Positions 59,973 through 64,000 of a stretch of DNA of 64,000 nt are shown piece by piece. The notes beneath the pieces were generated by a model, which was not told the origin of the DNA, did not search any database, and saw only the letters and a list, made by a program, of their open reading frames with translations. Positions within the stretch are counted from its first letter, which is position 1; every line of letters starts with the position of its first letter. The stretch comes from the human T2T-CHM13v2.0 reference genome, Homo sapiens, in assembly GCF_009914755.1 (NCBI RefSeq), contig NC_060933.1; one strand, 5' to 3'. A program made the translations under genes and the position numbers.

Positions 59973-60489
59973 TATTGTTGCCAGATAAAGTACAGGATGC
60001 CAAGTTAAATTTGAATTTCAAATTAAAAATAAATAATTGTTTTAGTGTAAGTATGTCTCATAATATTTGGGACTAAAAATTATTCATTCTTCACCCAAGA
60101 TTCAAGTTTAACCAGGCATCTGATATTTTTAGTCATGTGCTGTATAAGGATGTTTTGGTCAATGATGGACTGCATATACAACAGTGGTCCCATAAGCTTA
60201 TAATACCATATTTTTACTGTACCTTTTCTATGTTTAGTTATATTTAGATACACAAATACTTACCTTTGTGTTCCAATTGTCTATAGTATTCAGTATGTAA
60301 CATGCTGTACAGGTTTATAGCCTTGGAGTAACAGGCTCTACCATATGGCCTGTGTGTAGTAGGCTATACTATCTAGGTTTGTGTAAGTATACTCTGATGT
60401 TTGCACAATGACAAAATTGCCTAATATCTCAGAACTTATCTCTGATGTTAAGTGACTCATGACTGTATTTGCTAAATCTGGCATTCCTA
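59973..60489. mobile_element. MER53 palindromic MITE, interrupted by Tigger3a
   Basis: gttgccagataaagtacaggatgccaagttaaatttgaatttc...; resumes tttgctaaatctggcattccta. Confidence 0.85.
60130..60465 (+). mobile_element. Tigger3a (MER7A-like)
   Basis: agtcatgtgctgtataaggatgttttggtcaatgatggactgcatatacaacagtggtcccataag...catgactg followed by TA. Confidence 0.85.
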
Positions 60490-60503
60490 CCTCCAAAAGG
60501 CAA

Positions 60504-60806
60504 TTTTTTTTTTTTTTTTTTTTTTGAGATGGAGTCTTGCTCTGTTTCCCAGGCTGGAGCTCAATGGCGTCATCTGTGCTCACTGCAAGCTCCGCCTCCT
60601 AGGTTCAAGCATTTTCCCGCCTCAGCCTCCTGAGTAGCTGGGATTACAGGCACCCGCTATCATTCCCGGCTAATTTTTGTATTTTTAGTAGAGACGGGGT
60701 TTCACCATGTTGGCCAGGATGGTCTTAAACTCCTGACCTCAGGTGATCCACCTGCCTTGGGCTCTCAAAGTGCTGGGATTACAGGTGTGAGCCACCACAC
60801 CCAGCC
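60504..60806 (-). mobile_element. AluSx
   Basis: Full dimer; TSD caaaaggcaat at 60494-60504 and 60807-60817. Confidence 0.94.
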
Positions 60807-60891
60807 CAAAAGGCAATCTTTCTTCTAATTAAAAGTGAGTCAGATGCATATTGCTGTCTCAGATATTTTGTTGCTATTGTCGTCATTGCTC

Positions 60892-61515
60892 TTTTTAAAT
60901 AGACTTTATTTTTTAGAGCAGTTTTAGGTTAACAGTAAAATTAAGCAGAAAGTACAGAGTTCCCATATATCTCCTGCTCCCACATGTATATTGCTCCCCC
61001 ATTATCAACATCTTGCCTCAAAGTGGTACCTTTGTCATAATTGATAAACCTACATTGTATATCATTAGGACCTGAAGTCCATAGTTTAGGGTTCACTCTT
61101 GGTATTGTGCATTCTGTGGGTTTTTGCAAATGTAAGATGACATTTACCTAGCATTATATCATATAGAGTAGTTTCACTGCCCTAAAAGTCCTCTGTGCTC
61201 TGCCTCCAATCACTGATTTTTTAAAATTATTTCTATAGTTTTGCCTTTCCCAGGGTGTTCTATAGTTGAAAGCACGCAGTACATTGCTTTTTCAGACTGG
61301 CCTCTCCCACTTAGTGATATGTATTTAAGGCTCCTCCATGTCTTTTCATAGCTTGGTAGCTTATTTCTTTTTAGCACTGAAGTATATTTGGATAACAGTA
61401 CTTTATCAGATATGTGTTTTGCAAAATTCTTCCAGTCTGCAGTTTGTCTTCTCATTCTCTTCACAGTATCTTTTGCAGAGCAGACATTTTAAATTTCAAT
61501 GAATTCCAGCTTAAC
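60892..61515 (-). mobile_element. L1MC1/2-type 3' end
   Basis: agactttattttttagagcagttttaggttaacagtaaaattaagcagaaagtacagagttcccatat. Confidence 0.8.
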
Positions 61516-62162
61516 CTTAATCTTTCTGGGTCTAGTCTCCCTTTTTAAGAGTGAGGTGGCTAGATTAGATGATTTCTAAGACCCAATTTGACTCTATTGT
61601 TCTACTAAAAATATATAATTTTTACAACACTCCAGTGCCGTGTCATTTCTGATTAACTTGGGAATCTGATTGTGTGGGAAGCTAGGGAAACACCTTCCCC
61701 TCAATGGATATGAATATGAGTATGAATATGGATGGCAGTTGTTTTATCACTTTAGAAACAGCACCATATTTCGAGCAGTTCTTTCATACTTGCTAACTCC
61801 ATTTGCTCATCCAGTCAACATTTATGTGGTTGTATGGGTTTGAGACACCAGGAAGAATAAGACGAGATGACTGCCTTAGTTCAGTGGGAGCTGGGTAAGG
61901 ATGGGGATAGAGACAAGCACAATAAAAATGTTAGCACAATGTGGTAAGTACTGGACTACAGACAATGGCAGAGTATTATGAAATGTGGCACATGTGATTG
62001 CTTTTAAGAAAATTGTTTTCCTCATTGATGCACATTGAATTGCTTGTGAATTCTGGTATCTGGCCACTGTGATCAGGTATAATCATTAGAATCACATTAT
62101 TTACTTTTACTGGCTTGGGCATACATGTACACATGAGCTGGTACACACACATACACACACAC

Positions 62163-62507
62163 TGTATTAATCCATTTTCACACTGCTGATAAAGACATAC
62201 TTGAGACTAGGCAATTTACAAAAGAAAGGTTTATTGGACTTACAGTTCCACGTGGCTGAGGAGGCCTCACAATCGTGGTGGAAGGTGAAAGGCACGTCTC
62301 ACATGGTGGCAGACAAGAGAAGAGAGAAGCTTGTTCAGGGGAACTCCTGTTTTTAAAACCATTAGATCTCATGAGACTTACTCACTATCATGAGAACAGC
62401 ATGGGAAAGACTTGCCCCCATGATTCAATTACCTCCCCCTGGGTCCCTCCCACAACACATGGGAATTCAAGATGAGATTTGGGTGGGGACACAGCCAAAG
62501 AATATCA
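62163..62507 (-). mobile_element. THE1 (A/B-like) solo LTR
   Basis: TG...CA termini; TSD CACAC at 62158-62162 and 62508-62512. Confidence 0.93.
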
Positions 62508-62829
62508 CACACATATCCACTAGTACAGAGAGAGAACAGTAGAAAAGTCATGTGTGCAGAAGAAAGGACAGAAAGAAGAGCTGCAATTAAAAACAGTCAC
62601 CTTTTATCTCCATTTTTTTCTATCTTCTGATGTTACTAAGATAAGAGATTTTAAAAAGTGGTCAAAATATATGAAGTACTTGTTATTTTTAAGGTGTTAC
62701 TCACACTTGCTTAATCCCATCAACTGTCCTGTGCATAGATATTATCATTATTCTCATTTCACAAAGAGAAAATGTAATCAGAAAGGTTTTTTTTTCTTGA
62801 TTGTTTAAAGGTTATGTGTGTTTGTGTGC

Positions 62830-62958
62830 TTTATTTATTTTTTGAGATAGGGTCTTGCTATGTTGCCTAGTCTGGTCTTGAATTTCTGGGATCAAGCTAT
62901 CCTCCTGCCTCAGCCTCTAAAGTAGCTGGAACTACAGGGGTGTGCCACCATGCCCAGC
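62830..62958 (-). mobile_element. FLAM Alu monomer
   Basis: tgagatagggtcttgctatgttgcc...gccaccatgcccagc. Confidence 0.8.
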
Positions 62959-63321
62959 TTTATATATGCATTTCAAATTAAAAATCCATCCACCATTATT
63001 AAAATGTGATTGGTCCAGGTCTAAGAAATACATTCAGCATTCTATGAGGGCCTCTATTTCCTGAGAAACTAATAATTATAATTTTGTGAAATATTTTCCT
63101 ATATGATTTCTATGTACTTTTCTATACCCGGCTTCCAGAGAAAATGCACATCTCAAATGCAATGCTTTTATTATAAGTCTAGTTCTCATATTTTCCCCAG
63201 ATCCAACTGAGCCGTTAGTTTTTTCTTTTAGAAAGAATCATAGTTATGTGATGCGCATTTTCCCTGGAAGATGGATCAGTATATTACTTGAATTAGGTTG
63301 CACAAATAAATGAGAAATTGC

Positions 63322-63756
63322 TTTTTATTATTTTTTCAGTTCCTCCTCCTCCTTCTCTCCCTCTCCCTCCTCCTCCTCCTCTTCTTCTTCTTCTTATTCC
63401 TCCTCCTCCTCCTCTTCTTGTTCTTCTTCTTACTCCTCCTCCTCTTCCTCCTCTTCTTCTTCTTCCTTTCAGAGGTGGAGCCTTTCTCTGTGGCCCAGCC
63501 TGGAGTGCAGTGGCATGATCACAGCTCACTGTAACCTCAAAATCCTAGGCTGAAGTGATCATCCTGCCTCAGCCTCCTCAGTAGCTGGGTCTATAGGCAT
63601 GTGCTAACACACCTGGATAATTTTTAAAAATTTATTGTAGAGATGAGGTTCTTGCTATGTTGCCCAGGCTGATCTGGAACTTCTGGCCTGAAGTAATCCT
63701 TCTCTTTCAGCCCCTCAAAGCACTAGGATTATAGGTACAAGCCACTGTGCTTAACC
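63322..63756 (-). mobile_element. AluJ with (CCT/CTT)n-expanded tail
   Basis: J-type dimer at 63470-63756; trinucleotide tract at 63340-63470; TSD agaaattgctttt / agaaattactttt. Confidence 0.88.
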
Positions 63757-64000
63757 AGAAATTACTTTTAAAATAACTAGTAGATATGAATGTGAGCATT
63801 CTAAACGGATCATTAGATTAGTAGCCACTGAGTCTGAGCCATGTTTCTCTGTGACCTGAATAAGAATTATGGTAGAAAGCCTTGTAAAGCCTTGACTAGG
63901 AGATGAAGAAGGTAGGGAGTAATTGCAATGGAGGGGATTGCTTGTTCTTGGCAGTAATATTCATCTATGCCATTCATTTAGGATGAAGAATAATGAGGGA

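Noticed and set aside
60892-61515. L1MC 3' end as the missing tail of the 4492-11232 element
   Set aside because: Wrong side for a minus-strand element and 50 kb away; an independent insertion.

Overview
Primate (most likely human or ape) non-coding genomic DNA, either intergenic or deep intronic. About half is recognisable interspersed repeat: ~30 Alu/FLAM/FRAM copies, several L1 fragments, L2/MIR relics, LTR elements (MST, THE1, MLT1, LTR16/33, MER52, MER57) and DNA-transposon MITEs (Tigger3, MER2, MER5, MER33, MER47, MER53, MER58). I find no supportable protein-coding exon, RNA gene, CpG-island promoter or CRISPR array. The ORF track is explained by Alu/L1/simple-repeat translation or by chance. 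I did not find a new biological system, but several structural observations are well supported by the sequence. (1) A 4.25-kb chimera (L1PA 3' end + MER57-type ERV internal region with env fossil + LTR cut off at its poly(A) site + A-tail) is bounded by a perfect 17-bp TSD, i.e. ERV RNA was copied by the L1 machinery (27342-31616). (2) A ~200-bp diverged direct repeat brackets an old L1 and may be a giant TSD (25291-27122). (3) A ~1.1-kb polyadenylated retrocopy of an unidentified transcript has a decayed reading frame (21853-22934). (4) An L1 carries a template-switch inversion (49123-49232). (5) An (AAGGG)n/(AAGGGG)n tract may have grown from a retroviral polypurine tract (44339-44467). (6) There is a ~110-nt imperfect hairpin (58765-58877). 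Subfamily names come from my recall of consensus sequences, not from a database search. Boundaries of old elements are approximate.
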